A stretch of DNA of 64,000 nucleotides from Patescibacteria group bacterium (GCA_030916565.1 JAUPWL010000001.1:5710-69709), one strand, 5' to 3'; counted from the first letter of the stretch, positions 53,256-63,918 are shown. Program-made: numbers and translations. The notes: generated from the letters alone by a model not told the origin.

Positions 53256-55760
53256 ATGAATAGTATGCCAGATGAATTCGCGGATTTTATATCGCATCTG
53301 ACCGATAATGCTCGTACTAGCCTGCAGCACGCAGATGCTATTGCTCGTGGGTACGGTAGTGCCTACATCGGCACCGAGCACCTTCTGCTTGGTGTTCTCG
53401 CACAGGGATCGTCGGTTGCTGCCAAAGTGTTGGCAGATGCGGGCGTGACACTTGATCGTGCCGAAATGGCCCTTAACTTGACACCGCGCACATTAGTGGT
53501 CAGTACTGGTGCGAAAGGTCTTTCCGAGACGGCCAAACTTACCCTCAAAATGAGTTGGGAAATTGCACAAGAATTCCACCAGGATTATTTGGGAACGGAA
53601 CACATTCTGTATAGTATTTTGGCACAAAAGAATGCTCGCGCGAGTGTGCTGCTGCGTGACATGAATATCGATGTACCTGCGCTAACGGGTGAGCTCGAAG
53701 AGTTCTTTGACCGTCAGGCGAATGACTTTCATCAGCCAGCCGATGACACTGCTACGCGAACTGCGCCAAAACAACAGCGCGGCGGTGCATTAGAAACATT
53801 CGGAACCGATTTGACCGCGCGTGCGCGCAAGGGTGAACTCGATCCAGTCATCGGTCGCGATAAAGAGCAAGAACGTATGGTGACCATTCTCAGTCGTCGC
53901 ACCAAGAACAACCCTGTATTAATTGGTGAGCCAGGCGTTGGTAAGACGGCGGTGGTTGAAGGATTGGCTCAGCGCATTGCACATGAGGGAGTGCCTGATC
54001 ACCTGCTCGACCGACGTGTGATTCAACTTGACCTTGCTGCTATGATTGCTGGGACAAAATATCGCGGTGAATTCGAAGAACGCCTGAAAAAGGTCGTTGA
54101 TGAACTACGCAACCAAAAGAACGTTATTCTCTTTGTCGACGAGCTTCATTTGATTGCCGGTGCCGGTGCTGCCGAAGGTGCGCTGGATGCGGCGAACATG
54201 CTCAAACCTGCACTTGCACGTGGTGAGCTGCATATGATTGGCGCGACAACGATGGATGAATATCGCAAACATATCGAAAAGGATAGTGCACTCGAGCGCC
54301 GATTCCAACCGATTGTCGTGAAAGAGCCGAACTTGAAAGACACTATTGCTATCCTCAAAGGCCTCAAGCCGTACTATGAAAAACACCACGGGGTGACAAT
54401 TGAAGATGAAGCAATCGAAGATGCTGTCTATATGGCTGATCGCTATGTCAGTGAACGTTATATGCCAGATAAAGCAATCGATGTGATCGACGAAGCTGCA
54501 GCGTTGGTCAGAGTGAAAAACGGTCGTCGCCCAAGTCGCGCTCGTGACTTTGCTCGTCAGTTAAAAGTTTTGAACGAAAAGATGGACGAAGCGGTTGCTG
54601 TCGAGAACTATGAACGTGCGGCGCTCTACAAGACGCGTATTGTTCAGGTTCAGGATAAATTGAACGAAATGAAAGAAACAGATGACCAAAAATCTCCGAT
54701 CACGCTGACGGATGATGATATTGCACATGCAGTTGCCGCAATGACAGGCATTCCAGTTAAACGTCTCCAAAAATCCGAAATCAAATTGCTGCGCAACCTC
54801 GAAAAACACCTAGGCAAATATATTATTGGCCAAGACGAAGCCGTTCAGGCTGTATCGCGTGCGATTCGCCGAAGTCGTAGTGGTGTCGCTAGTAGCAAAC
54901 GGCCAATTGGATCATTCGTGTTCATGGGTCCTACGGGTGTAGGCAAGACAGAACTAGCAAAAGTACTCGCACGCGAAGTGTTCGGTAGTGACGAAGCATT
55001 GATCAAAATCGACATGAGTGAATTCGGCGAAAAGCACAATACTAGCCGTTTACTGGGTGCTCCGGCTGGTTACGTGGGCTATGATGACGGCGGAAAACTG
55101 ACAGACAAAATCCGTCGACAACCGTACAGTGTCGTACTGTTCGATGAAATCGAAAAAGCTCATTCAGACGTATTCCAATTGTTGCTTCAGTTGCTAGAAG
55201 ACGGTAGATTGACCGACGCAAAAGGACGCGAAGTCGACTTTACGAATACGATCGTCATTCTAACGAGTAACCTTGGTGCGGACAAGATGATGAAAGAATC
55301 GGCGCTTGGGTTCCATGCGACAACTGCAAGTGACAATAAAAAGCTCGATGAACTGCATCAGGAGAATGCTGGAGCAGCTAAGCAAGCACTATCAAAGAAA
55401 ATGCGACCAGAGTTGATTAACCGATTCGATTCGATTGTCACATTCCGCGCACTGACACCAAAAGAAGTCGGCAATATCTTTGATAATCTGATTGATGAAC
55501 TACAGGAACGTTTGGTGAAAAAGGGTATACGCCTGGTTATTAAACCGACAGCCAAACGCTATCTTATCAGCAAGGGGTATGACGAGAAGTTTGGTGCACG
55601 ACCGCTGCGCCGTGCAATTCAGGACGAGTTGGAGCACCAGTTGGCGGATGGTATACTAGCAGGTGAATACGAAAAGGGTAGTATTCTCACTGTTAGTGCT
55701 ATAGGGGGCAAACTTGCAATCAATTCCGTCGTCGAACAACCCGCAGAAAAAGCAGCGTAG
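53256..55760 (+). CDS. clpC: ATP-dependent Clp protease ATP-binding subunit ClpC
   Basis: Clp_N repeats, two AAA+ modules ([18 protein letters not shown]), a middle UVR motif and an LGF ClpP-docking loop. Start at 53256, supported by GGAGGA. Confidence 0.93.
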   Translation: MNSMPDEFADFISHLTDNARTSLQHADAIARGYGSAYIGTEHLLLGVLAQGSSVAAKVLADAGVTLDRAEMALNLTPRTLVVSTGAKGLSETAKLTLKMSWEIAQEFHQDYLGTEHILYSILAQKNARASVLLRDMNIDVPALTGELEEFFDRQANDFHQPADDTATRTAPKQQRGGALETFGTDLTARARKGELDPVIGRDKEQERMVTILSRRTKNNPVLIGEPGVGKTAVVEGLAQRIAHEGVPDHLLDRRVIQLDLAAMIAGTKYRGEFEERLKKVVDELRNQKNVILFVDELHLIAGAGAAEGALDAANMLKPALARGELHMIGATTMDEYRKHIEKDSALERRFQPIVVKEPNLKDTIAILKGLKPYYEKHHGVTIEDEAIEDAVYMADRYVSERYMPDKAIDVIDEAAALVRVKNGRRPSRARDFARQLKVLNEKMDEAVAVENYERAALYKTRIVQVQDKLNEMKETDDQKSPITLTDDDIAHAVAAMTGIPVKRLQKSEIKLLRNLEKHLGKYIIGQDEAVQAVSRAIRRSRSGVASSKRPIGSFVFMGPTGVGKTELAKVLAREVFGSDEALIKIDMSEFGEKHNTSRLLGAPAGYVGYDDGGKLTDKIRRQPYSVVLFDEIEKAHSDVFQLLLQLLEDGRLTDAKGREVDFTNTIVILTSNLGADKMMKESALGFHATTASDNKKLDELHQENAGAAKQALSKKMRPELINRFDSIVTFRALTPKEVGNIFDNLIDELQERLVKKGIRLVIKPTAKRYLISKGYDEKFGARPLRRAIQDELEHQLADGILAGEYEKGSILTVSAIGGKLAINSVVEQPAEKAA

Positions 55761-56733
55761 ATTAATACGTAGCCTGATTACATCGGCCATTTTTCTGGGT
55801 CTATCCCTTTTTGTTACCTTTAATAAACAGTATATAGTGGATGTTTACCGTTTCTGGACGTACCAGCCAACGGCGCAGGTTGCAGCTGTCGCAAATAGGG
55901 CAGGCATGAATGACAGTGGTAAGTTCGCATTTTATGCAACACATCCGTCATTAGAGGGCACGCAAAAATTCAATGAGTATTGCAATCGCCAAGAAGAAGG
56001 AACGGCAATCTTGGGTTGTTACACTAACGACCGCATCTACGTCTATGACGTACAGGATAAACGATTCGATGGTATCCAAGAAGTAACCGCGTCACACGAG
56101 ATGCTGCACGCTGTGTATCAGCGCTTGTCGGACAGTGACCGTACGAAGGTGAATGGTCTTGTTGAAAAGGAATATCAAAAACTCAGTAGCGATCCGAGTT
56201 TTGCTGAACGTATGGCATTCTACGCTCGCACCGAACCGGGTGAGCGCGATAATGAGCTACATTCGATTATTGGTACCGAAGTTGCCGCAATCAGTCCTGA
56301 ACTAGAGCAGCATTATGCGAAATATTTTAAAAATCGGTCACAAGTTTTGACGCTGTTCCAGGGATATAATCAACTATTCCTTGCCGTTGATAAAAAGACT
56401 AAAGCTTTGGAAACTCAGCTAGACGAACTTACAAAGAAAATTAATACTGATACCGAAGTTTACAATTCAACTTTCAAGACACTCGATCGTGATATCGAAA
56501 ATTTTAATCGTAATGCCGAATCTGGGGTATTTACATCGCCGGTGGCCTTTAAAAAAGAGCGTGACGCCTTAGTGCGGCGTGTCGCAGACCTTGAGAAAAT
56601 GCGTAGTTCAATTGACGCTATCAACACTCAATACGAGGCAATCCGTAAAGAATACAATGATACTGTTACTGTATCGAACAATTTGTATAAAAGCATCGAC
56701 AGCACACTTGCGCCAGCACCAAGCGTTAAATAG
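55714..56733 (+). CDS. membrane-anchored protein with an HExxH motif and a C-terminal coiled coil (putative zinc metallopeptidase)
   Basis: N-terminal TM segment (LITSAIFLGLSLFV), motif SHEMLHAVY, and a later heptad-rich region. Overlaps clpC by 47 nt, and there is no alternative canonical start. Confidence 0.6.
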   Translation: MQSIPSSNNPQKKQRRLIRSLITSAIFLGLSLFVTFNKQYIVDVYRFWTYQPTAQVAAVANRAGMNDSGKFAFYATHPSLEGTQKFNEYCNRQEEGTAILGCYTNDRIYVYDVQDKRFDGIQEVTASHEMLHAVYQRLSDSDRTKVNGLVEKEYQKLSSDPSFAERMAFYARTEPGERDNELHSIIGTEVAAISPELEQHYAKYFKNRSQVLTLFQGYNQLFLAVDKKTKALETQLDELTKKINTDTEVYNSTFKTLDRDIENFNRNAESGVFTSPVAFKKERDALVRRVADLEKMRSSIDAINTQYEAIRKEYNDTVTVSNNLYKSIDSTLAPAPSVK

Positions 56734-56768
56734 GTGAGTGTCTACTATCTTTGTCTCGGCGTTAATCA

Positions 56769-56774
56769 TATAAT
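56769..56774 (+). promoter_or_regulatory. -10 box TATAAT, 9 nt before ATG 56784
   Basis: TATAAT directly abuts the track's ATG at 56775, so the second ATG at 56784 is preferred. Confidence 0.4.
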
Positions 56775-56783
56775 ATGAGGAAT

Positions 56784-58133
56784 ATGGTCAAGACAAAGAG
56801 TAGTTTCGTCTGTCAAAATTGTGGAGTATCGTATCCGAAATGGACAGGTCGCTGTGATAATTGCGGTGAATGGAATACGCTTGTCGAACAGACTGCTCAA
56901 CTAACGGGTAAGTCTGCCGTTGCCCGGAGTGAGGGATCGCTATTAAAACCGCAAACAATGCAATCCATATCTATGGATGATTCATCGGCACGGCTATCGA
57001 CTGGTATTAATGATCTCGATGACGTGTTAGGCGGCGGTATATTGCTCGGGGGTGTTGTGCTGTTGGCTGGACAGCCCGGTATCGGCAAGAGCACGCTGTT
57101 ACTGCAAACGACCGCGCATATCGCAAAAATAGATCCAGTACTCTATGTTAGCGGTGAAGAATCGGCATCTCAGGTGAAGCTGCGTGCTGTACGGTTGGGC
57201 GCGAATGTCAGTGAACAGCTGAATTTTGCTGCCAGCACTAGCGCTGATGATATCGCGACGACGATTCGTTCGGGCAAATATAAATTGGTTGTCGTGGATT
57301 CCGTACAGACACTGACACTAGGTGAGATTACGTCAGCACCTGGTAGTGTCAGTCAGATTACAAACAGTAGTAATGTCATTATTCAGGCGGCAAAAGCATC
57401 TGGCGCGGCAGTTGTATTAGTCGGGCACGTGACCAAAGAAGGATCAATCGCCGGTCCGAAGGTGCTGGAACATCTTGTTGATGTCGTATTACAGTTCGAG
57501 GGTGATCGGTATGGCGGATTCAAGGTAGTGCGTGCCATCAAAAACCGCTATGGATCGACCAGCGAAGCGGCAATCTTTGAAATGAATGAACAAGGCCTAG
57601 CGGTCGTGGATAATCCGTCTGCGGCATTGCTGGCAGAGCGACAAAACGCCGACGGATCGGTCGTATTAGCGACGCTCGAAGGCACGAGACCTCTTTTAGT
57701 AGAAATCCAGGCACTTGTCAATTCAACGAATTTCGGGTATCCTAAACGTACAGCTAGTGGGTTTGATCTGAACCGCCTCAATCTGTTAATTGCCGTATTA
57801 GAACGGCGAACAAAACTGAATTTATCCGATAAAGATATCTATATCAATGTAGTTGGCGGATTAAAGCTAGCGGATCCAGCGGCCGATTTGGCGGTATGTA
57901 TGGCAATTGCCAGCGCCAGCGCAGGACGCAAACTGGACGATGGGTTGGTGGTATTTGGTGAAGTTGGGCTCGGCGGCGAAATTCGTTCAGCTCGCAGTGC
58001 TCAACGCCGTATTGATGAAGCAAAAAAGCTTGGATTTACCAAAGCTATCGCACCTGCAGACAGCAAAAAGAATTCATTTGTCACTCCTGTCAAAGATTTG
58101 CGACAAGCTCTCATCGACTATCTACAAAAATAA
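56784..58133 (+). CDS. radA: DNA repair protein RadA/Sms
   Basis: Zinc finger CQNCG..CDNCG, Walker A GQPGIGKST, KNRYGS motif and a Lon-like C-terminal domain. Confidence 0.95.
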   Translation: MVKTKSSFVCQNCGVSYPKWTGRCDNCGEWNTLVEQTAQLTGKSAVARSEGSLLKPQTMQSISMDDSSARLSTGINDLDDVLGGGILLGGVVLLAGQPGIGKSTLLLQTTAHIAKIDPVLYVSGEESASQVKLRAVRLGANVSEQLNFAASTSADDIATTIRSGKYKLVVVDSVQTLTLGEITSAPGSVSQITNSSNVIIQAAKASGAAVVLVGHVTKEGSIAGPKVLEHLVDVVLQFEGDRYGGFKVVRAIKNRYGSTSEAAIFEMNEQGLAVVDNPSAALLAERQNADGSVVLATLEGTRPLLVEIQALVNSTNFGYPKRTASGFDLNRLNLLIAVLERRTKLNLSDKDIYINVVGGLKLADPAADLAVCMAIASASAGRKLDDGLVVFGEVGLGGEIRSARSAQRRIDEAKKLGFTKAIAPADSKKNSFVTPVKDLRQALIDYLQK

Positions 58134-58157
58134 CGAACGAAAAAGGAATATATATTT

Positions 58158-59117
58158 ATGGAAATTGAACAACTGCTTGTTCTCGGTGTGCTTTTGATAT
58201 TGCTCACTGAAACATCGTACCTCGTAGCCAAACTACCTCGGCAAACTAACGGCAAAAAACGTATGATATTTGTGGACACGTCTGTCCTTATTGATGGTCG
58301 TATCATCGCTGTTGCGGCATCAGGGTTTATCGGTGGAACACTGGCGATTCCTCGCAGTGTGATCGGAGAATTGCAGTTTTTGGCTGATAACGCTGACGCC
58401 GATAAACGCGCTCGTGCACGTCATGGTCTCGATATCGTGCGCGAACTTCAGGATATGACTGGCGTGGACGTTGAGATATTTCAAGACGGCAGTAAAGCTG
58501 AAGAAGGCGTCGATGAACGCCTCCTCAACCTTGCTAAAAAACACGGCGGTGCGATTTGTACTATCGACTATAACCTGAACAAGGTCGCTGTCGTTGAAGG
58601 TGTCCAGGTTTGTAATGTGAACGAACTCGCAAAGAGTCTCCGAATGGCGTATCTACCAGGCGAAAAGGTCATGTTGGAACTGGTGCAAAAGGGTAATGAT
58701 AGTCATCAGGGTGTCGGTTATCTGACCGACGGCACAATGGTGGTCGTTGAACAGGCTGCTGCCCAAGTAGGTCAGACTGTTGAAATCGAATTTATTCGGA
58801 GCCTTCAGACGGCTGCTGGCAAAATGATGTTTGCGAAAAAGGTTGATAATCGACCACAGCAAAAACAACAGCCGCGCAAAAAGGTTCTTGGTACGAAACC
58901 GAAACCTGTCGCTACTGTGCCTGCGCCTACAGCTACTCCTGCATCTACAGCTACAGCTCCTATCCAGCCGCAACAGTCGCAGCAGCAACAGCAACGTCCT
59001 TCTGCACCATCACGGCAGCAAAAACCCAACCAACGTCGTCAGGCGCCTCGTAAACAACAACGTCGCTCCAGTGATCGTGAAGCGACGCTGATTGATCTTG
59101 TTGATAAACAACAGTAA
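58158..59117 (+). CDS. PIN and TRAM domain protein (YacL-like) with a Gln/Pro-rich C-terminal tail
   Basis: N-terminal hydrophobic segment, PIN domain (FVDTSVLIDGRI) and a TRAM-like domain (GEKVMLELVQKG..VEIEFIRSL). Low-complexity QQSQQQQQRP tail. Confidence 0.8.
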   Translation: MEIEQLLVLGVLLILLTETSYLVAKLPRQTNGKKRMIFVDTSVLIDGRIIAVAASGFIGGTLAIPRSVIGELQFLADNADADKRARARHGLDIVRELQDMTGVDVEIFQDGSKAEEGVDERLLNLAKKHGGAICTIDYNLNKVAVVEGVQVCNVNELAKSLRMAYLPGEKVMLELVQKGNDSHQGVGYLTDGTMVVVEQAAAQVGQTVEIEFIRSLQTAAGKMMFAKKVDNRPQQKQQPRKKVLGTKPKPVATVPAPTATPASTATAPIQPQQSQQQQQRPSAPSRQQKPNQRRQAPRKQQRRSSDREATLIDLVDKQQ

Positions 59118-59124
59118 AAGCTTA

Positions 59125-61803
59125 TTAAGAACTTGACTTACTGCCCGTGTAATAGAGATCATCTGTTACGGTTGCGGTGACGCTGATTGGGTCGGTGGAA
59201 TGATAGGTAGTGCTGTATGAACTTTGCCCATTGAGTTGCTGTACGCCAAGTGACGTTCCGTTGACTGTTATCTCGGCTGTCGTCAAGTTACCTTTCCCTG
59301 CTATGAATACAGCTGTAATATTATAGTTTCCACCTCCAGTTGGGGACACTAATAATGATGAAACTGTAGGAATGGCGTCACCACAAGTGTGCGCATCGTC
59401 ATCTTTCGTAGAATCATATCCGTCAGATACAATCGCTACTTGTTTCTTGGTTGTAGGATCGGTAGTCGTAACAACGTTGAGTTCAACGCGAGCACCGGCA
59501 GGTGTACATTCCGTTGCTTTCTTTTTCGATACTTTGTCAAAAGTCATCTTTTGGTATTGCTGGGCTTTGTTCTTGTTGTACCACGATGGGAACAATTCGC
59601 TACCAATCTTTTGGATACCTGTTGGCATCTTGTACCAGTCACCCTCTTTCCAGCGGCCGTCCTTTTTGTACACTTCTTGGTGCGCATAGGTCATGACCTT
59701 GTTAATGATGACACCAGGGAGAGATGAGTTACCGTTTTTCAGCGGTGTTGTGTCAGGGTTACCTAACCATACGCCCATAGTGAGTGCAGGACTATAACTC
59801 ATCATCCAAATATCTTTTGATTTGCCGTTCACATCAGACGTACCGGTTTTGCTGGCTGTTTTGACGCGACCTTTGTCAACAACGAGGCCAGGGAAGTTGC
59901 GGCCATATAATCCAGCACGCGCGTTGTCATCACTGAGGATGTCTGCCAGGATGTATGCGACTTGTGGGTCGATGACTTTTTTAGCTTTGCTATCAGTCCA
60001 TTTTTTGAGTGTCTTGTTTTCAGAATTACGGACTTCGAGTACGGTTGCTTGAGGTTTATAGTCACCGCCACGAGCGAGGGTGGTAAATGCGTTAACATGG
60101 TCAATCATGCGAGTACCACAACCACCAATCGCAGACGCCAATCCTACTTGCGCATCAACACCCTGAGTACAGTAGTATGTATCACCTGCAGCACGAATCA
60201 TCGCAAGTGTCGGTTTGACGCCGGTAATTGCTTCTGCACGAATAGCAGGGATATTACGTGACAGTGCCAAGCTTTGACGAATTGATATATTGCCTTTGAA
60301 TTGTTTGTCGGCATCATTCGGAGAATAGCCACCCTCAAACGTTGTCTTGGTATCTGGCAGGACAGTGCCGCTGCCATAGATGTTCATACCTGGGTCGTCA
60401 TGTTGCGAAAAGAGTTTGGCATAGACGAGCGGTTTGATCGTAGAACCTGGTTGGATATAGGCGATGGCTGCGTTGTCTTGACCGAATCCTTCGTAATCGT
60501 AATTACGGCTACCGACCATGGCGACAACTTGGCCTGTTTTGGTGTCGGCAACAGTTGCGGCACCGTTTTTGAATCCAGCATATTCCGGGGTGCCTTTGTA
60601 TTTTGGATTCTTTGGATTAAACATCTCGTCAAAGCTGTCCTCGAGCTGTTTCTGAATGCGGAGGTCAAGGGTTGTCGTGACGACGAGACCGCCCTTACCA
60701 ACAGTTGCTTTACCTAGCTCCGCTGCGAGTTGGGACCGTACCATTTGGACAAAATGAGGCGCCTTGATGTTATTGAATTGCGATGTTTGCGGCAGGATAG
60801 TATCAAGGATCGGCTGGTTCTTGGCATTATCAGCATCGTCACGGCTGACAAATCCTTGATTGGCCATTTCGTCGAGGACCTTATGCTGACGAGCAACGAG
60901 GGCTTCTTGACCGGCTGGATTGTATGGATCGTAGAGCCCAGGTTGGTTAGGAATAGCTGCGAGCAATGCAGATTGTGCGAGGGTGAGATCTTTGGCGTGA
61001 ACACCAAAGTATGTTTGCGCGGCTGATTCGACGCCGTTGCGTCGTCCGCCGTACGGTGATTCGTTGAGATATAGGTCGAGGATTTGATCCTTGTTGTACA
61101 TGCGTTCAACTTCGATTGACAAGATGACTTCCTTGATCTTGCGAGGAACACCTGCGAGACCTCGCTGCTGGGCTTCGTCAGAGAAGAATACTTGTTTGAC
61201 GAGCTGCTGTGTCAGCGTAGAACCACCTTGTGTGCTACCGCCACCGTAGTTGTTCACGACGGCACGGATGATACCGGTGATACTGATGCCGCCGTGTTTG
61301 TAGAAATCTTTGTCCTCAATGGCGACCGTCGCCTTTTTCATTAAGGGGTTGATTTGACTACCATCAACGACGAGCTTGTAATCGCCGTCACCTTTGTCTT
61401 CCCACAGGAGGGCGTCTGCACCACCTGCTGGTCCGCGTCGGTCATAGTATTTCGTGACCGTTGTGCTGACACGTTGTGACAGTTGTTCTGGACGGATAGA
61501 ATCGAGATCTTTGCGGAAATAGGCGAATAGTCCACCTACCATAATGAGCACGAGGAGTGCAGAGACACCGGCGATTTTTGCCACCATCATGCCACCTTTG
61601 CGGCTGAACCAGAATCCACGCACGCGGTCTGGGTGCATACGAGCAAGCGTCCGTTTGACCGGATGTTTCGGCAGTGTTGCTAAATATTCTGCTTTTTCGC
61701 GGCTGGCCGCGTCTTTTTTCGTCCTGCGCTTAGTCACCAGGTTTTTATATACGCCTGCTGCACGCGTGCGACGACTACTACGTTGGTTACGTTGTTGAGC
61801 CAC
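59125..61803 (-). CDS. class A penicillin-binding protein (glycosyltransferase plus transpeptidase)
   Basis: GT51 motifs EDKDFYKHGGI and GGSTLTQQLVK. Transpeptidase motifs STIKP, SRN and KTGTS. Basic cytoplasmic tail plus a TM segment, and a ~170-aa C-terminal extension. GTG start. Confidence 0.92.
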   Translation of the reverse strand: MAQQRNQRSSRRTRAAGVYKNLVTKRRTKKDAASREKAEYLATLPKHPVKRTLARMHPDRVRGFWFSRKGGMMVAKIAGVSALLVLIMVGGLFAYFRKDLDSIRPEQLSQRVSTTVTKYYDRRGPAGGADALLWEDKGDGDYKLVVDGSQINPLMKKATVAIEDKDFYKHGGISITGIIRAVVNNYGGGSTQGGSTLTQQLVKQVFFSDEAQQRGLAGVPRKIKEVILSIEVERMYNKDQILDLYLNESPYGGRRNGVESAAQTYFGVHAKDLTLAQSALLAAIPNQPGLYDPYNPAGQEALVARQHKVLDEMANQGFVSRDDADNAKNQPILDTILPQTSQFNNIKAPHFVQMVRSQLAAELGKATVGKGGLVVTTTLDLRIQKQLEDSFDEMFNPKNPKYKGTPEYAGFKNGAATVADTKTGQVVAMVGSRNYDYEGFGQDNAAIAYIQPGSTIKPLVYAKLFSQHDDPGMNIYGSGTVLPDTKTTFEGGYSPNDADKQFKGNISIRQSLALSRNIPAIRAEAITGVKPTLAMIRAAGDTYYCTQGVDAQVGLASAIGGCGTRMIDHVNAFTTLARGGDYKPQATVLEVRNSENKTLKKWTDSKAKKVIDPQVAYILADILSDDNARAGLYGRNFPGLVVDKGRVKTASKTGTSDVNGKSKDIWMMSYSPALTMGVWLGNPDTTPLKNGNSSLPGVIINKVMTYAHQEVYKKDGRWKEGDWYKMPTGIQKIGSELFPSWYNKNKAQQYQKMTFDKVSKKKATECTPAGARVELNVVTTTDPTTKKQVAIVSDGYDSTKDDDAHTCGDAIPTVSSLLVSPTGGGNYNITAVFIAGKGNLTTAEITVNGTSLGVQQLNGQSSYSTTYHSTDPISVTATVTDDLYYTGSKSSS

Positions 61804-61874
61804 TAGTCCCTATCCCCATCCAATAATATTAGGACTATTATAGCACCAAACCGTCAGCTGCAATGAGTATTTTC

Positions 61875-61883
61875 TGATACAAT
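61875..61883 (+). promoter_or_regulatory. extended -10 TGaTACAAT, 8 nt before the tyrS ATG
   Basis: TGATACAAT at 61875-61883, ATG at 61892. Confidence 0.5.
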
Positions 61884-61891
61884 ATTCGTAT

Positions 61892-63106
61892 ATGACATTA
61901 TCTAAAGAATTGACTTGGCGCGGGTTCGTCAACCAGACAACGTTCGATGATATTAACGTCCTTGATGGCGATCCGATTCATTTTTATTGGGGCGTTGATC
62001 CAAGCGCCGACAGTATGACTATCGGCAACTTGGCGACGGCTATGATGGTGCGACATTTGATCAACCACGGCCACGAAGCCGTACTACTCGTCGGAGGCGC
62101 AACGGGTCTTATCGGCGATCCTGACGGCAAGAAAGACGAAAGATCACTCAAAACAATAGATGAAATCGCTGCCAACAAAACGGCAATTGTCGGTCAGTGC
62201 AATCGTGTGTTTGCCGGACAGTCATTTGATATCGTTGATAACTACGACTGGTTCAAAGAAATGAACTATCTCGAGTTCCTGCGTGACGTTGGCAAAAACG
62301 TCCCCCTCAGCCAGATGCTTGGCCGCGATTTCGTGCAGGCACGTCTCGGTGAAGGCGGCAGCGGCATTAGTTACGCAGAGTTTAGTTATTCATTGATCCA
62401 AGGCTACGATTTCTTGCATTTATTCCGTAATCACGGCGTGACGCTACAGGTGTGTGGTGCCGACCAATGGGGTAACTCGATTGCCGGTGTCGATATGATT
62501 CGTCGTATTGAAGGTGGCGAAGCACACGTGTTCAGCTCGCCACTTGTCGTAAACAAAACAACCGGTGTCAAATTCGGCAAATCGGAAAGTGGCGCTGTAT
62601 GGCTTGACCCTGCTAAAACAAGCGTCTACCAGTTCTATCAGTTCTGGCTGAATGTGGATGACGAAGGTGCAATTGATTACACCAAAATTTATACATTGCT
62701 TGATCGCGAGCAGGTTGAGGCGTTGGCCGAAAAGCAGCGCGAAAACCCTGGTGCTCGTGATGTTCAAAAGGCGCTTGCATACGAAGTAACCAAATTGGTG
62801 CATGGCGAAGCTGCTGCCGAAAGCGCCCGACGAGTCACCGGTGTGCTCTTCGGAGGTGTTGAATTTTCCAGCCTGTCGCCAGAAGATGTCGAACTACTTG
62901 CAGCCGAAATTCCAACCGCTGGTATTGGTGGATCAGTTGTCGACCTGCTGACTGACTGCGGCTTGACCGCCAGCAAGGGTGAGGCTCGCCGTTTGATTCT
63001 CGGTGGTGCAGTCTCGGTGAACGGCGAAAAGATTCTCGACGACGTTGTCGTTGCGCAGCAGTCTCTCGTCAAAAAGGGTAAGAACAACTTCCTGCTCGTT
63101 CGCTAA
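61892..63106 (+). CDS. tyrS: tyrosine--tRNA ligase (HIGH motif replaced by TIGN)
   Basis: Aligns along its length to bacterial TyrRS (VGGATGLIGDPDGKKDER, KFGKSESGAVWL, C-terminal S4 domain). The HIGH position reads T-I-G-N, encoded at 62018-62029. Confidence 0.92.
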   Translation: MTLSKELTWRGFVNQTTFDDINVLDGDPIHFYWGVDPSADSMTIGNLATAMMVRHLINHGHEAVLLVGGATGLIGDPDGKKDERSLKTIDEIAANKTAIVGQCNRVFAGQSFDIVDNYDWFKEMNYLEFLRDVGKNVPLSQMLGRDFVQARLGEGGSGISYAEFSYSLIQGYDFLHLFRNHGVTLQVCGADQWGNSIAGVDMIRRIEGGEAHVFSSPLVVNKTTGVKFGKSESGAVWLDPAKTSVYQFYQFWLNVDDEGAIDYTKIYTLLDREQVEALAEKQRENPGARDVQKALAYEVTKLVHGEAAAESARRVTGVLFGGVEFSSLSPEDVELLAAEIPTAGIGGSVVDLLTDCGLTASKGEARRLILGGAVSVNGEKILDDVVVAQQSLVKKGKNNFLLVR

Positions 63107-63116
63107 TATTTGCTGA

Positions 63117-63125
63117 TGGTATAAT
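63117..63125 (+). promoter_or_regulatory. extended -10 TGgTATAAT, leadered promoter for the HAD gene
   Basis: TGGTATAAT at 63117-63125. SD GGAGGG 5 nt before ATG 63154. Confidence 0.45.
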
Positions 63126-63153
63126 AAAATCTCGTATATAACCTGGAGGGACT

Positions 63154-63918
63154 ATGGCAAAAAAAGTAATTGCTTTTGATTTAGACGACACGCTGGCAGT
63201 GACCAAGTCGCCGATTTCTGATGAAATGAGCGCAATCCTCGGTCGAATTCTCGATCATTATGATGTCTGCGTTATTTCCGGGGGTAATTTCGACCAGTTT
63301 AAAAAACAGGTCGTTGATCGTCTCGAGGTTCCGGCACATAAACTAAATCGCCTTCATCTCATGCCGACATGCGGTACACGTTACTATCGCTATGATGAAC
63401 TAAACGCTGAATGGAAACTCCAATACGCCGAAGATCTGACCGATGCCCAGAAAAAGGATATTGTTGATGCACTGGAAAAAGTATCCAAAGAACTAGGACT
63501 GTGGGTAGAAAACCCTGCGGGTGAGATTATCGAAGACCGCGGCAGTCAGGTGACGATGTCCGCCCTCGGTCAACAAGCAACGCCTGAGGATAAATATGCG
63601 TGGGCAGAAAAGTACAAAGATGTCCGCCCGGTTCTCCGTGATAAGGTGGCTGAATTATTGCCTGATCTCGAGGTGCGTATCGGTGGAACGACCAGTACGG
63701 ACGTGACGATGATCGGTATTGATAAAGCGTACGGTATGCGAAAGCTTTGCGAAGCGATCGACATTAGCAAAGATGAGATCCTCTTTGTCGGTGACAAACT
63801 ACAAGAAGGTGGCAACGACTATCCTGTAAAAGCTATGGGTATCGATAGTATTGAGGTTCGTCATCATGATGATACGCTTTTTGTACTCGAAGGCGTACTG
63901 GGCGTAACTCAGCGATAG
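63154..63918 (+). CDS. HAD-superfamily hydrolase, subfamily IIB (phosphatase/phosphomannomutase-like)
   Basis: Motif I FDLDDTL, motif II ISGG, and motif IV GDKLQEGGNDY. Confidence 0.8.
   Translation: MAKKVIAFDLDDTLAVTKSPISDEMSAILGRILDHYDVCVISGGNFDQFKKQVVDRLEVPAHKLNRLHLMPTCGTRYYRYDELNAEWKLQYAEDLTDAQKKDIVDALEKVSKELGLWVENPAGEIIEDRGSQVTMSALGQQATPEDKYAWAEKYKDVRPVLRDKVAELLPDLEVRIGGTTSTDVTMIGIDKAYGMRKLCEAIDISKDEILFVGDKLQEGGNDYPVKAMGIDSIEVRHHDDTLFVLEGVLGVTQR

Noticed and set aside
58900-59060. Repetitive CAG/CAA/CCT-rich DNA that might be a tandem repeat or contingency locus. Similar regions occur at 29270-29400 and 44340-44470.
   Set aside because: These are in-frame low-complexity coding tails (Gln/Pro-rich, Pro/Gln-rich and Ala/Glu/Lys-rich). 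They have imperfect, non-unit repeats and no homopolymer or exact tandem unit likely to slip.
61804-61891. T-box riboswitch or attenuator upstream of tyrS, and likewise upstream of pheS at 1711-1734.
   Set aside because: The intergenic regions are only 88 bp and 24 bp, and a -10 box lies 8 nt from each ATG. There is no room for a ~200-nt T-box leader, and no T-box consensus sequence was seen.
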